A program made the position numbers and the translations under genes. This document shows positions 49,903 through 64,000 of a stretch of 64,000 nt of DNA, in pieces (within the stretch, counting starts at the first letter, position 1; every line of letters begins with the position of its first letter). Origin of the DNA: the human T2T-CHM13v2.0 reference genome, Homo sapiens. The stretch is from NCBI RefSeq assembly GCF_009914755.1, contig NC_060935.1; one strand, given 5' to 3'. Under the pieces are notes generated by a model. It was not told the DNA's origin. It searched no databases and was given only the letters and a program-made list of their open reading frames with translations.

Positions 49903-52031
49903 TAAAGGCTTCCTTAAATACCTTGTTTGTAAGTTGAAAAGAGCATTTAAAGAGTGAACAGATTTGGTTTGCTCTGGCTCTCTAATTATTTTAACTTTGT
50001 TATCACCCAATAGTTCTAGGTTAGTGGTTTTCAATCCTAGCTTGAACAGGAGTCATTTAAAAATAGCCCAGGCCTCACCCAGGGCACTTCTATCAGACAT
50101 CTCTAGGGGGGATGGCCCAGGCATCAGGAGGCTTTAAAAAGCTCCTCAGGTGATTTTAGTGCATTGCCAAGGTTGAAAACCAAGGCTTTAGGTTTAAACT
50201 AAAGGTGAAATTGCTCTTTTTCTGGTTCATTTTCTACTTTAGAAAGTAGAAATTTTTTTTCTGGTTCATTTTCTACTTTAAATTAAAAATAAACCTACAG
50301 AGGGTAACACGTATTAGCACGTCACAGAGGGTCACACGTATTAGCAACATATGTATCTTCAAAAGAGTGATGTGACTGGGTGGTAAGTGTTGATTGGACC
50401 CTTAAACTGTGACAGTTTAGAAGGGGCTTTGCTAGATGGGTTTAGGGACAGAGATGGTAGAGTGAGAGAGTGTGGATGGAGGAGTATGCATCTGTCATGA
50501 TTACTAGAAAAATAAAACTTCAAATGCTTTGCTCCTTCTGCTGCGAGGTCATGTTCTCACAGCCAGTGAAGTGACAGCATATATGTGTTGAATGTGTGGC
50601 TTGCATTTTACATTTAACTCTTTTAATTCATGTGTTAACCTTAGGAGGTACTTATTATTCTATTTTGCAGATGAAAATGGAGACTCATAAATAAGTAACT
50701 TACCAGCAGCTACATAGCTGGTAATTGGTAGAACTGGAAGTTGGACCCAGGCTCTAGTGCTGGCACTCATAGTTTCTCCCTGCTGCCATGTTGGCCTCTT
50801 CCTACTTGGATGAAGATATAACTCTAGTGGCAAGGGCATTTACTAGTGTGTGAGAGGGTCTTGTTTATTAGTTTTGCAAATTGCACGGTCTCCTTTATTC
50901 AATATCTTTTTTCAAACAGCTCACAGATCTTTTGTGGTTTTGTAAGTGCCTACTCCCCACCGTATTGCCTTCTAGAGAAGAGGCAGGAATTTATTTTAAT
51001 GTACAGGACAGACATGCATGGGGAGTAAAACTACAGACTCCACTCTAGGTGTGTGGAAATACTAAAAATAGTGCTTTTCTCTGTGTGTGAAGTTGGTCTG
51101 TTGAGTTTTGTCATAGACAGCGTTGAGTTCCTCTCCCAGGTGGAGGTGGCGTAGCTTTGCGTCACTTACGTGTCTCTCCTGATTTCCAGTGACCCGGGGA
51201 AGACACTGCAGAGGCAGTTGTCTGTGGTCAAAAGTATTCTCTGACCATGGAACTAGATGAAGCTATGAGCTTCCAGGATCATGTGGGGCTAGAAGAATGC
51301 CGCTCTAACCCTAGAGGAGGGACAGCTGAGTGTCTTCTGATGTAACTGAAATTGGAGAATCAGGTGGATTAAAATTAATTATTTATTACAGTAAAATAAC
51401 CTATCCCATTTCAGAGACATTTGCTATCTTTAAAACATTAATACTATAATCCACCTTACCAGTAACAGTTTACTTTTAGTGACAGTGAAAGCCATTGACT
51501 TTTTTTTTTTAATTGAAAAGAGATGTTGCAAATAGCTGGTGTACATTTCTTGAGATGCACTAAACAAGGTAGCGCACTTGAAGATCGTGGCAGTAATAAA
51601 GCGTTTGTAAGTTCTGAGTAAAGTATTGACCAGCACAGCTTCCCTGGAGACCGTCTTCTCATTGCTGGATTGGACATTTCACTGTTAAGCTTGTAGGACG
51701 CTTTTGGGCACCTCTCTGACTGGGAGCTTTGCAGAACCCAGTGGCTTTCTCTGGAGCAGGTGCTGAGCACATTTTCAGGCTCCAAAATCATCTTTCTGCT
51801 CTTCAGAGCAAGTTTCTTAGCAGATTAGTGTTGAGATTTGTCAAGGGTTTCTGGGGCATCACTAAAAGTTTCAGGCAATGGCCCATCCTGTCAGATTTTA
51901 GTACTTTGGACACAGGAAATTAAAAAAGAGGGCAGATGGTATAAACATTGCAAAGCTATGTACCCGTGACAGTGTAAATGAAAGGTTTGATTGTGCTAAC
52001 TCTCCTGCACTTTCTTTCTGTGTTCCTGTAG

Positions 52032-52226
<195 letters not shown>

Positions 52227-52455
52227 TAAAAAGATTGTTTCACAGCACCTGGGTCAAGTGTTATTTCCCAAAGGATTGGAAGACCTTTAACACAAGTGTC
52301 AAATCTCCATTTGTGGGAGAAAGGAAAAACATCCAGCAGTAGGGAAATTAGTAAATAAATGATGGTTATTTCCTCAGGTTAAACATTATATATAAAATAG
52401 TTTCTTTTAAAAATAGCAGTCTTCCATTTCTCCCATCATTGAAGGAATAAAAATA

Positions 52456-53024
52456 CAATAAGTCCTCACTTAACATCAATAGGTTCTTGGAAACTTTGAC
52501 TTTAAACGACATGTAATGAAACCAATTTTATGATAGGCTAATTGACGTAAGCAAGAGTTAAGTTCCTATGGCATATTTCTGATTGATAAAACATCATCAA
52601 ACTTCTAAATAGAGACTCAAAATACCTCTTATATTAAACATTGAAATAAATGTGAGCCATACATACCTTTAAGAAAGATTAGTAAAATAAGATAGTTATT
52701 TACTAGCTTATTCCAGTTCAAGGTGGTGGGAGGCCAGAGCCTGTCCTGGCAGGTTGGGGTACAAGGCAAGAGCCAGCCCTGGACAGGATGCTGTCCATTG
52801 CAGGGTGGACTCACACTGGGACCATTCAGACATGCCAGTTCACCTAACACGCACATCTTTGGGATGTGGGGGGAAGCTGGAGTACCAGGAGAAAACCTAT
52901 CTAGACATGGGGAGAACATGCAGACTCCACACAGATGGTGGCCTCAGCTAGGAATAGATTTTTTTCTCATCAACGTTATAATGAAACAACGTTGAACAAA
53001 ACAATGTTGTTTGAGGACCTGCTG
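52456..53024. mobile_element. Tigger3-family non-autonomous DNA transposon in intron 2
   Basis: TA|caataagtcctcacttaac ... gttgtttgaggacctgctg|TA, TIRs with TA TSD. Confidence 0.8.
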
Positions 53025-53827
53025 TACAGAAATACAGACATAGACACGTGCACTGCAATTGCAACTAAGTTTAAATGATGTACTTACTGGGTAATTACTG
53101 GAATGAGCTGCAAAATTTGGGGTAGTTATGTTAGGGTGGTGGGTTTGTGATGATTTTTCCTTTCCTTTTTTCCAACAATTTCTGTAAAACTTTCTTTATC
53201 GCTGTTATATCAGACACAAAAGATGGGGGTGGTATTTGAAAGAAAGTGAAAAACTCAGTTGGAAAAAGAGCTCCACAGAAAGGAAGTTTTTCTCTTAGCT
53301 TGCTGACTTGGACTTCCAGTTAGGACTTCTGCATTTCTTCATCTCTTCTTCCTGGATAAGGTTTCTCCCCATCTTCTCCAGTGGTTTGTGTGTATTTTTC
53401 CATCTTGACTTGTTTAGTTTATTGCTTGCTTTGTATCATCGTTGCTAAGTGTTGAAAAGATTCTTTCTCTTATGTTTTCATCTCCTCTTCTCTCTGTTCT
53501 TCACTTTCTCTCATAGGTCCTACCTGTACTTCAGGCCCCTCTGAGACCCTGTGTCCTTGGGCCAACCTTGACGACTTCTAGCCTCACTCACCTCCTTCTC
53601 TTGGCTCCAGCTATGTGGCATTCGACTTAGCACTGAATGATAGAATAGGGCTTTGCATTTCACCCTCTTTATTTTGTGTTTGGGCATTTCCCCTTCCTCC
53701 AACATACTGGAAGCTCCCAGAAGGCTGGTGCTAACCATCATTTTCTCTTGTCACCCAGGTGCCTGTTGAGGACCTGAATGTCTGAGTAATGGTCTCATGG
53801 TAAGGATTTCTGTGTCTTTCTCGTTAG

Positions 53828-53938
53828 GGGCCTTTGGCTACTTTGAGGTCACACATGACATTACCAAATACTCCAAGGCAAAGGTATTTGAGCATATTGG
53901 AAAGAAGACTCCCATCGCAGTTCGGTTCTCCACTGTTG
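53828..53938 (+). CDS. CAT: Catalase exon 3 (111 nt)
   Basis: ctcgttag| [37 protein letters not shown] |gtaagt. Confidence 0.99.
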
Positions 53939-54792
53939 GTAAGTTGGTTTATTGGCGTGATTGGTATGGCTTAACTCAACTTCACCTTTTGGGGATGTTT
54001 ATAACTTAAAGAAAAAGTTATTAGAAAATAGGAAGCAAGCACTTCTCCAAATTATGTCAAGGTTTTACAGTAGAAGACATATTTGGAGACACATAGGAAG
54101 TTACTTGTATTTCTGTTTGTTGAGGTCTTAGGAAATCACACTTACACAGAGGCTACCTCTGCAATTCTGTGACATTTGGAAAGAGCTTTCCTAAAAGTGG
54201 TTGCCTCTAACAGAAGAATAGAGTGGAAATCTTATTTAATAACTATGCCTACAGCTGACCTTTATTGAGAATTAATTCTGTGCCAACTGTGGTTAGGTGC
54301 TTTACAGATATAATCTCTGATTTGTAGATCTACTTTGCAGAGTGGGATTCTTTTTATTTTTGAGAGGCTAAGTGATGTTTCTCACGTTACAGAGATAGTA
54401 TTAGATCTATCATACTATATTTCAACATACCTAGTGCTTCACTAGTTCCGTTTCTGTGTCAGTCTCTGCATTTTAAAAATACTGTGGAATGTAAAAATAA
54501 ATGAAATTAAGAACTAAGAACCAATATTTTAACTCATTTTCTTAATGTTAACCTCATCATTTTGACAACTCACTTATTCTGTTTGTCACTACTTTAAGCC
54601 TCATAATTATTTTCTTCCCTTATTTTAATTAAAAGTTCAATTACCTGTTTGAACAAAGTTATCTTATTATGGTAAATGAATGACATTGTCAGCTGTTATT
54701 ACATGTGTTCTCTTATTGCTCTCAATTAATTATTTTGTTTGATTTGTGGACTGAATTAGCTGGTGGGTAGAAATAATAACCCGGGCACTTAA

Positions 54793-55095
<303 letters not shown>

Positions 55096-55432
55096 TGATT
55101 TCAAATAGGTTGGCATTTGAGGAGAAGCCGTGGGAAAGGCAGAAAGAAAAGAATGCGAGTTGTCTGGACTACTTTTTTCAACACATTTTTCTGTATTTAA
55201 TAAGATAAAGTAAGAACAGTTACCATTGGTCTTAGATTTGTCATTTTAAGACAGATTGACTTAATGGGAAGTGAGTTTAGTTTTCCTTGCAGAGCATCGA
55301 AGATTAGTAAAAAGAGGGACTTTACTTTGGAAACAAGCAGAGGGTGTCTCTACATGCTCTGAGTCAGCAGGAGGGGGTGTGTGTGCGTGCGCGCATGCGG
55401 GAGGGTGGGTATATTTTTTCCGTGAAGAAATA

Positions 55433-55753
<321 letters not shown>

Positions 55754-55929
55754 TTAGATGCTAGTTGTCTATGCTGAGTAAATTTCATATTATGGTTTGG
55801 CAGTTTAAAATTCTAGGATTGTATTTAGAATTATAATCCATAAACCTAGTAATAGGCATATATAATGAAAGACACCATAATTCCTGTAAACTTAGTTTTT
55901 GGATTTTTTTCTCTCTTTTTTCTATTTAG

Positions 55930-56037
<108 letters not shown>

Positions 56038-56640
56038 TGAACCCTTTTTTGCCATTGTATTATATCACCTGGGATGCAGTGTTTAATTATGCCTCTTCAT
56101 AAAGTGTCTCTCCAGTTTTGGCTATTTTATTGGAATCAGCTTCCTCAGATTTCTTGATCGTGAAGAGTTTTGTAGTAACTGGCTTTACTAATCATCCCCC
56201 ATTCATCGGCCTTAAATGATGATGATGATGATGATAGATAGCTAGCAACATTGTCAGTTGATATTTAGCAGTAGTAAGGATGAAAGTCTGTAGTGTAAGG
56301 TAAAGCTCTGTATTAAGGAAGTGGGGGGAAAGTAGTACCAAACAAATTTGCTATGCAAATAAATTTTGAATAACAAATTAGGCCAGTTTTCAGGTTGTTT
56401 TGGCTTTCCTTCATAGAATTTTGAGTCATAGTATTAGTGATTTGCATATCATTTTGATTTAAAATTTTTCTGTTTGTTATTTTCTACAAGTGAAATAATA
56501 ATGGTAACCCTTCCCATGGGAAATTGGCTAGTATGTTTTATGTCATTAAGGGACTTTCTGGAAACTAAGGAATATCTTAAAAATCAAGGATGTTTTGATT
56601 TAAATGAAAACATTTTAGGCTTTATATTTCTGTTCTTTAG

Positions 56641-56835
<195 letters not shown>

Positions 56836-58850
56836 TGAGCAAAGATTAAGGCTTCTCCCACTTTTCCCTCACCTCCATCCCCAAAGTTGGGAAGTATTGA
56901 TCTCATTGATCAGTACTGATTTTGTTGGCTACCATCTGAGGACCTTGGAGCGTATCCCAATCTCATTATCACTTCCAACATCCAATAGTGTCTTTCCAAT
57001 ATCATTTCTTTTAACTTTTTAAGTCATCCATCTATTTACTTAGCATTTATTGAGGTTTTATTATGAACAAGGCATATAAGTAAAATCAATTACAAATGTC
57101 AGAAAACAAAATTATACTGTTTTTAAAAATTTGCATTCATATAGCCAGATCAAATCAGTTACATCTGGGGAGGGTTTTGAGAATGTTTTAATCAACTGAA
57201 ATATTATAAAGGGCCCTCTTTTGGTATAAGCATGGCATTTGTTACAATGAGCAATATTGCCAGTGAACCCTGGCATGTTAGTGATATTCCCAGAGAACTC
57301 CCAAGGGCTAGTCAGAAACAAGCCTGAGAACCTCTGTTTCCAAATACTGCTGCTAAGATAAGCAGAAAGAAGTGGGCTCGTGACCAGTACTGGATAATCT
57401 CTCTCTTAGTGACATCCAAAAGCCCTATTTTCTTCTATCCTGCTTTCTTCTTTATCTGAACAATTTAATGTAGGTATATCAAACAGGAAAACTATCACCT
57501 CTTTTTATATTCATAACTTGGATCTATAATATTTGACAAGGAAAAATTTTATGAAACAGTTGACCCATTGGCTTGTAATTGCCAAAAGGGTCAATGTAGT
57601 ATTACTTAGAATAAGACTAAGTGGTTGTATCTAGGACAGCCAGTCTAGTTGGTAGCCTTGGAGTTATGCCAGCCTGAACTCAAATTTCTACTCTCCTAGA
57701 TAATTGTGGCCTTGGGCATAGTATTAAAAGTTCTTTGAGCTCCAGTTCTTTTCACTGTGAAGTTGGCATAATATTACCAGCTATACAAGTCCTGGAAAGA
57801 TTGGATTGCTTGTGGGTCTTTTATCCTAGGGCCCTAAGGTAGCCTGAGATCTACATGGATTCATCAGTCTGGATTATTCTGACCTAAGATTATTCTTTTC
57901 TAAACCTAAAGGATTCAGTTAAAATCAGAAAGGTATTGCAGTGTTATTGTACTACTTAATATATTAGCTCTTTGGGCGATCTGTACATGGTGACCTTCAT
58001 TGTTTTAATCCTGAAGGTGGCTTTACTTCTTGTTCAGTAGTAAGAGTTCAAACCTTTTCACTGATGAGACAGTTGGGATTTCTGTGGTAGAAATAGACCA
58101 GCGTTCAGAGTTGATTTTTGCTAAGGAAATCTTTCTGCGGCACTTGGCTTGTTGGGAGGTCTTTGAGAATAAGATCACATGGTCAGTCCATCAAAGAACA
58201 GTATGATATGATAACAGGAGCACTTATGAAGTGACACAGCTTCTCTGGGTTTTAATGTCTTGCTTGGAAAGTCAGAATATTAATTTTGCCTGCTCATAGT
58301 CAGAGAACTAGTTCCAGGTGGCTGTACTGAAGTTCTTTTCAACTCTATGAGCTATGATTCTATGATTTATTAAAAAAAAAAAAAAAAGGAATAGGACAGG
58401 GGTGAAGGGATACTGGCCGAGCACAGTCTCAGTAATTGATTTGAGCTGTCATGAAATGGAATTAAAACATTACTTCATGATAAAAGGCAAGTAGTCCTTT
58501 AATTTTATTAATCTTTTGCCTACTTTTAAGTATATTTTGATTTTTCTGATTTGGAAAGTAACATGAGTGTAAAAATTCAAATAATAGAATACATAAAGGG
58601 AAAGATAGGACTGATTTTAAATATGAAATGTGTAGATGGGATTCCCTTGACATTTAAAAGTATTGGGATAATCAAGTAGAATTTCTTGTTGATAAATTCA
58701 TTAGTATCAGATTTGAACAATAGAAGTATTGTTGTAAAGAAAGTTCATTCTTTGGGCAGTGTTACTCATAATCCTTCAATGAATTACTGATGAAATTTTG
58801 ATAACTTTGACAATAAGTTTCCATTGGAGCTTCTTTCTTTCATTTTGTAG

Positions 58851-59051
<201 letters not shown>

Positions 59052-59492
59052 TAAACAACTATATTGTTTTCTTTTTTAAGTCTCTTCTTACCTAATTAGA
59101 AAAAAAATCTAGTCAAACAATTATAATAATGGGGAAGTCATATACAAAATACAGAGGGTACCACTTCAGAGTGTCCTAAGCTGTGAATGAGTGCTTACCA
59201 GCATCTTACTTCCACGTTCCTGTTTGTCATTTCATTGAGTATGTGTATGTGGCTTCATATATTGTTATTAACAGGGAACAGATTATGAAAAGCTGATGTA
59301 CTTTTTCCTGGGGAAACTGTCAGTATTTACCACTTACTATTGTGAAAGATTTAACTAAGGCACTCATCTTAAATTCTTATGTTTTATTGGATTTAAAAAT
59401 TATTTTCATTGGCTTGATTGTATTTGAAATCTGGTATTTTTGTGGGTAGCTTTGATTTCCTTCAGTTGATTGCCTGGTAATTGTGAATATGA

Positions 59493-59672
<180 letters not shown>

Positions 59673-60011
59673 TGAGATGTTCTGAGGCAGGTGTCCATGT
59701 GAGCATGCACACACAAAATATGCAGCTTGGCATGATCTTTATGTGAGGAATTAACAAGAACATTACTTAAACTTTAATCTGGGTGCTTGGTTACCTTGTG
59801 GGATTCACTGAGGTGAACTATTCTTCAATGAGCATTCCTTGAGTAAACCAAGTATAAACAAAAGTCCATGGTAAGATCCCTACATATGTGAAGACAAGAA
59901 TACTTACTCTCTTAATTAAAAAAAAAAGACATAATAGAAATACCTTAAGTATTGATAGAGTGAAGCATGGTTTGTTCTGTCTGTAGCTGAAGTATGGTTA
60001 ATTAATTATAA

Positions 60012-60346
<335 letters not shown>

Positions 60347-63287
60347 TCATTTTCTGTTTCATGGTGATGCTTGAATTTTTCCATTTGTAAAAAGAGATCT
60401 AGGGATGATCTTTATGAACTACATGTATGCTGCCAGTGATAAAAGCAGTGGATTAACCATTCACCTTGCTAATGTTAAGCCATCAGTATGTTTTACATCA
60501 CTTTTTAATATCTCTTTCAAGAGTACCAAGAGTGAAAAATTGTACTTTGGATCAGAATCAGTAAGAAAATAATTGGCTTAATAATTACTGTATAAATCAA
60601 TCTTTTGTGGTTTTAGACTGTGACCTTGAAACAAAGGTTAAAGATTGTACCCTAAATCAGACCACAGCGACTGAAGGTTACTTCTTATGTAAGTATCTGA
60701 TTCCAGTTCAGGTTTCAGTCTGCATGGAGGACAAGCTAAGATTCCGTTTTTAAAAAATAACTTTTTTGCTTATGACATTGGGGAACATCTGAGGCTTTTA
60801 TAGAAAGTAAGTTTTTCATTAGTTTTTAGTCCAATTCAACTGTTACAAATTGAGTACCTGTCTGTTGTGTATGGTGGACTGTCTTGGGTGCCATAATGTA
60901 AGGCAGAATGCCATGGTGATCCAGAAAGCAAAATTTTGTCTGATAGGAGGTCAGCCACGAAGTTTCATGAACGAGGTAGCATTTGAGATTGTTTTGAAGA
61001 ATAGATAGGATTTTGATTTTTAGTAGGTAAAATGCGGCAGGAGAAGGACATGAGTATAGGCACAAAGGTGGGACATGTTAGGTGTGTTGAAACTATAAAC
61101 AGTCACTCTCTCCTGAATGAGAAGAATAGAGTTTGGGTAGGTTCATTGAGTATATGTCAGAGGGGACCTTAAATGCTTGAGTAGGAGTGAAAAGCTTTCT
61201 TCAGTTTTGAGAAGTGTGGTCTGGGATATATTGAGTAGAATCACTCCTCTTGGTGATAAATAGAAAAAGCGACAACTAGGGATTGGGAATAGCAAAAGGA
61301 AAGTCAGGCAGTTCTCAGAGGAAAAGCAGAAGTTTGCATTGAAACCAGGGAGTAGAGGAAGCCAAAACAAGGTAATCCTGGGCCCTAAAACTCCCTACCT
61401 GGTGGCTGAACTGTGAGAGGATGAGGCTAATGGGATTTGCCAAGGCATGAAATTGTCATGGGCAGAGCAGAGGCTGCATAACCCTGGTTACCCAGGGAGG
61501 GAACGGATTGAGGAATACAAGGTTACCTAAACTCTTTTCACAAGAATCCAAGTCACCATGGGTCTCTGGAACCACAGTGGGACCGTGAGGCAGTCAGCAG
61601 CACTGAGTCATATAATTTGAAGAACAATGAAGATTTGAATGGAGAACTAGGCCCCCGGGAAAAGGACTGCAAAGCAAATACGTATTCTCTACATTCCTAA
61701 GAAAGCAAATGTCTAAGGCAGCTATTCAAACAGTGGGGAAGAGAGTTCTGAAAAAGGATGACAAGTAGAAAGTAATATAATTTCTGTTAGTATTAATTTT
61801 AGTTCTGGCAAATATATCTATTTTAAATTCAGTGTACTCTTTATAGGTTGTTTTTTTTTTAAATGAGTTTTAGAAACTGTTCGAAAGAGCTTTCATAAGT
61901 TTGTCGAGTTATTGTTTCTAGCCTAGCTTTCCCCCATCCTTCTTAGGTCATTTAGCTATCAGTTCCAATACCATGGAGCCTGTGAGGAGCCATACAGTTG
62001 GGGAAGGACTGTTGTACTCATTTAGCCATTTGGTGACCATTAAGGAATGATTTGAGATTTTTTGAGTAGGTGAGTAGGGAATATGTAGATTGTCTTGTTG
62101 GACAGGAAGTGGAAAGCCAGTTAGGGGGGCTTTGGGGTTATTCCTGCTGAGAGCTCATGAGTATTGTAGCCTAGGCAGTGGCGGTTGATATATTAATGGG
62201 CAGTGTTTACAGGTGCCTTTTAACAAGGTCATGTTATTAAGTTTTATAACTTTATCCAAAGTGGTGAGCCACACCATGGTGAAATGGACAAATAATATAA
62301 TACAAGTCATAGAGAGACTGTCCTGTCCCCTGAGTACCTGAGGACACAGGTGCAGCCTTTCTTGCTCTCATTCTCTGCATTTTGCCAAGAGTTGGAGAAG
62401 TTGGGCCGGTTGCTTGGGTGGGAAAGGCTTTCCCACTCACGCAGGTCCAGCAAGGGAGTTCAGGCACAGGGCCTTGGGGAAGGCCTAGATTCAAGCTGGT
62501 GTCAGGGTATGGCCTCACTGTGCCCATTTCCCAACCTTTGTTGGTCTCCACCCATAGGTGGGGTAAGGTTGCCTGATAAACACAGGGTGACACAAAATCA
62601 GAATTAGGTGATAGAGGCTACATCCAGGAGCTGCCCATGGCAGGATTGTATCTCCTATCCTGTTGATGGAGTCAAGAGCACAACTTTTTGAGCCAAAGGA
62701 GACAACCAGCTTCCAACCTATAGCTGAGTTTTGGTCATGGCCGCATGGCTAGTCATCTAAATATGACCTTAGGCTATTTGAAATGATGATAAGAGGGAGT
62801 CATTCAGCCAAAAGCAAAATATTGACAGAACACTGGGACTGGATTAAGTCTGTTGGTATCAGTGATTTGGAACAAAGTTATTGCTTAAGTTGCCCTATTC
62901 AATTTGGTTTTTATTTTGCCTCATAGAATTAGGGATATAAAAATACTTTTAAGGTTCAAGGCCAATGATAAATTCAATGGAAGAAAAATTGCTCATAGAA
63001 AAGGAGTATGAATAATGAGAATAGTTCAATAATTAGATATTAAGATTAATGCAGAATTTATCATAAAGCTTTTGTTTGAGCATTAACTGAAAGAAATTTC
63101 AAGATGCTTGCCATCTTTGCCTTGATTAACATGGAACATAATTTAATCTTAGATTGATTACCTTTGGCATTGTAGGGCTTTCATTTTGAACCACAGATTT
63201 TTTGTTATTGTTGTTTATATCTAGAAAGTCTCAGAGCTCAAAGTGTTTCTGAGATAATTCAGAAGGCAGCATGGGAGTGGGCGGTAC

Positions 63288-63594
63288 TTTTTTTTTTTTT
63301 TTTTTTTTTTTTCTGATCTTGCTTTGTTGCCCAGGCTGGATTGCAGTGACACGATTGCAGCTCACTGCTGCCTCAATCCCCTGGGCCAAGCAGTCCTCCC
63401 ACTTCAGCCTGTTGGAGTAGCTGGGACTACAGGCACATGCCACCATGCTCGGCTAATGTTTTAATTTTTTTTTTTGTAGAGACAGGTCTCGCTGTGTTGC
63501 CCAGGCTGGTCTCAAACTCCTGGGCCCAAGCGATCCTCTCACCTTGGCCTTCCAGAGTGCTGGGATTATAATAGGCATGGGCCACTGTGCCCAG
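63288..63594 (-). mobile_element. Alu (J-like), intron 8
   Basis: Antisense dimer. Confidence 0.9.
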
Positions 63595-64000
63595 TTGGAA
63601 GTGCTTATTTGAAGAATTTCCCATGCTGTTGGTTTTGTAGAAATGTGTTGCTTTTTGTAAAGAGCAAATGATTGGTTCCTTCCCTGGAGTGGGGGAATGA
63701 GGAGGAATAGAATTAATTCAATATTTCAGTTAGTTAACGTTCTAGCACATTTATTTTATAATGCAATACTTCCTTGGGAATAGGAAGTAATACTGTATAA
63801 GACAAGACACTAACTTGTTATGCAGAAGGAAAAAAAAAAGATATTATTACCAAAAACAGATGTGAAGATTTATGGTTGGCCAGAGGGCCTGGGAAATTCA
63901 GAACTGTTCAGTTAGGGAGAACTCGTTTCATAAGAGTAGAGGCTTCACTCTTAAGTAGCGGGAAAGGCAGAATTTTGTGGTAACCATGTACAGAGTGCTT

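Overview
Primate (almost certainly human, 11p13) genomic DNA. Bases ~1-41,400 are repeat-rich intergenic sequence upstream of CAT (catalase). They hold ~24 Alus, L1/MIR/LTR/Tigger/hAT relics, a 0.8-kb CT-rich minisatellite and two dead retrocopies (DNAJA2 3' part on -, CIR1 5' part on +). A TATA-less CpG-island promoter follows, then CAT exons 1-8 on + (ATG at 41853; 1056 nt = codons 1-352, all GT-AG, intact); exons 9-13 lie beyond the window. Most ORF-track entries are Alu, L1 or low-complexity artefacts. I see no evidence of a new multi-gene system: this is a well-known locus. The best leads are: (1) inverted Alus flanking stop-free, frame-preserving exon blocks (possible endless-ORF circRNAs); (2) a possible poison 3' splice site before exon 3; (3) a CIR1 retrocopy apparently made from an intronically polyadenylated isoform; (4) an erythroid/antioxidant-type motif cluster in intron 4; (5) a promoter haplotype that appears non-reference. 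Repeat subfamily names, parent-gene sequences and SNP IDs are from memory and need RepeatMasker, BLAST or dbSNP confirmation.
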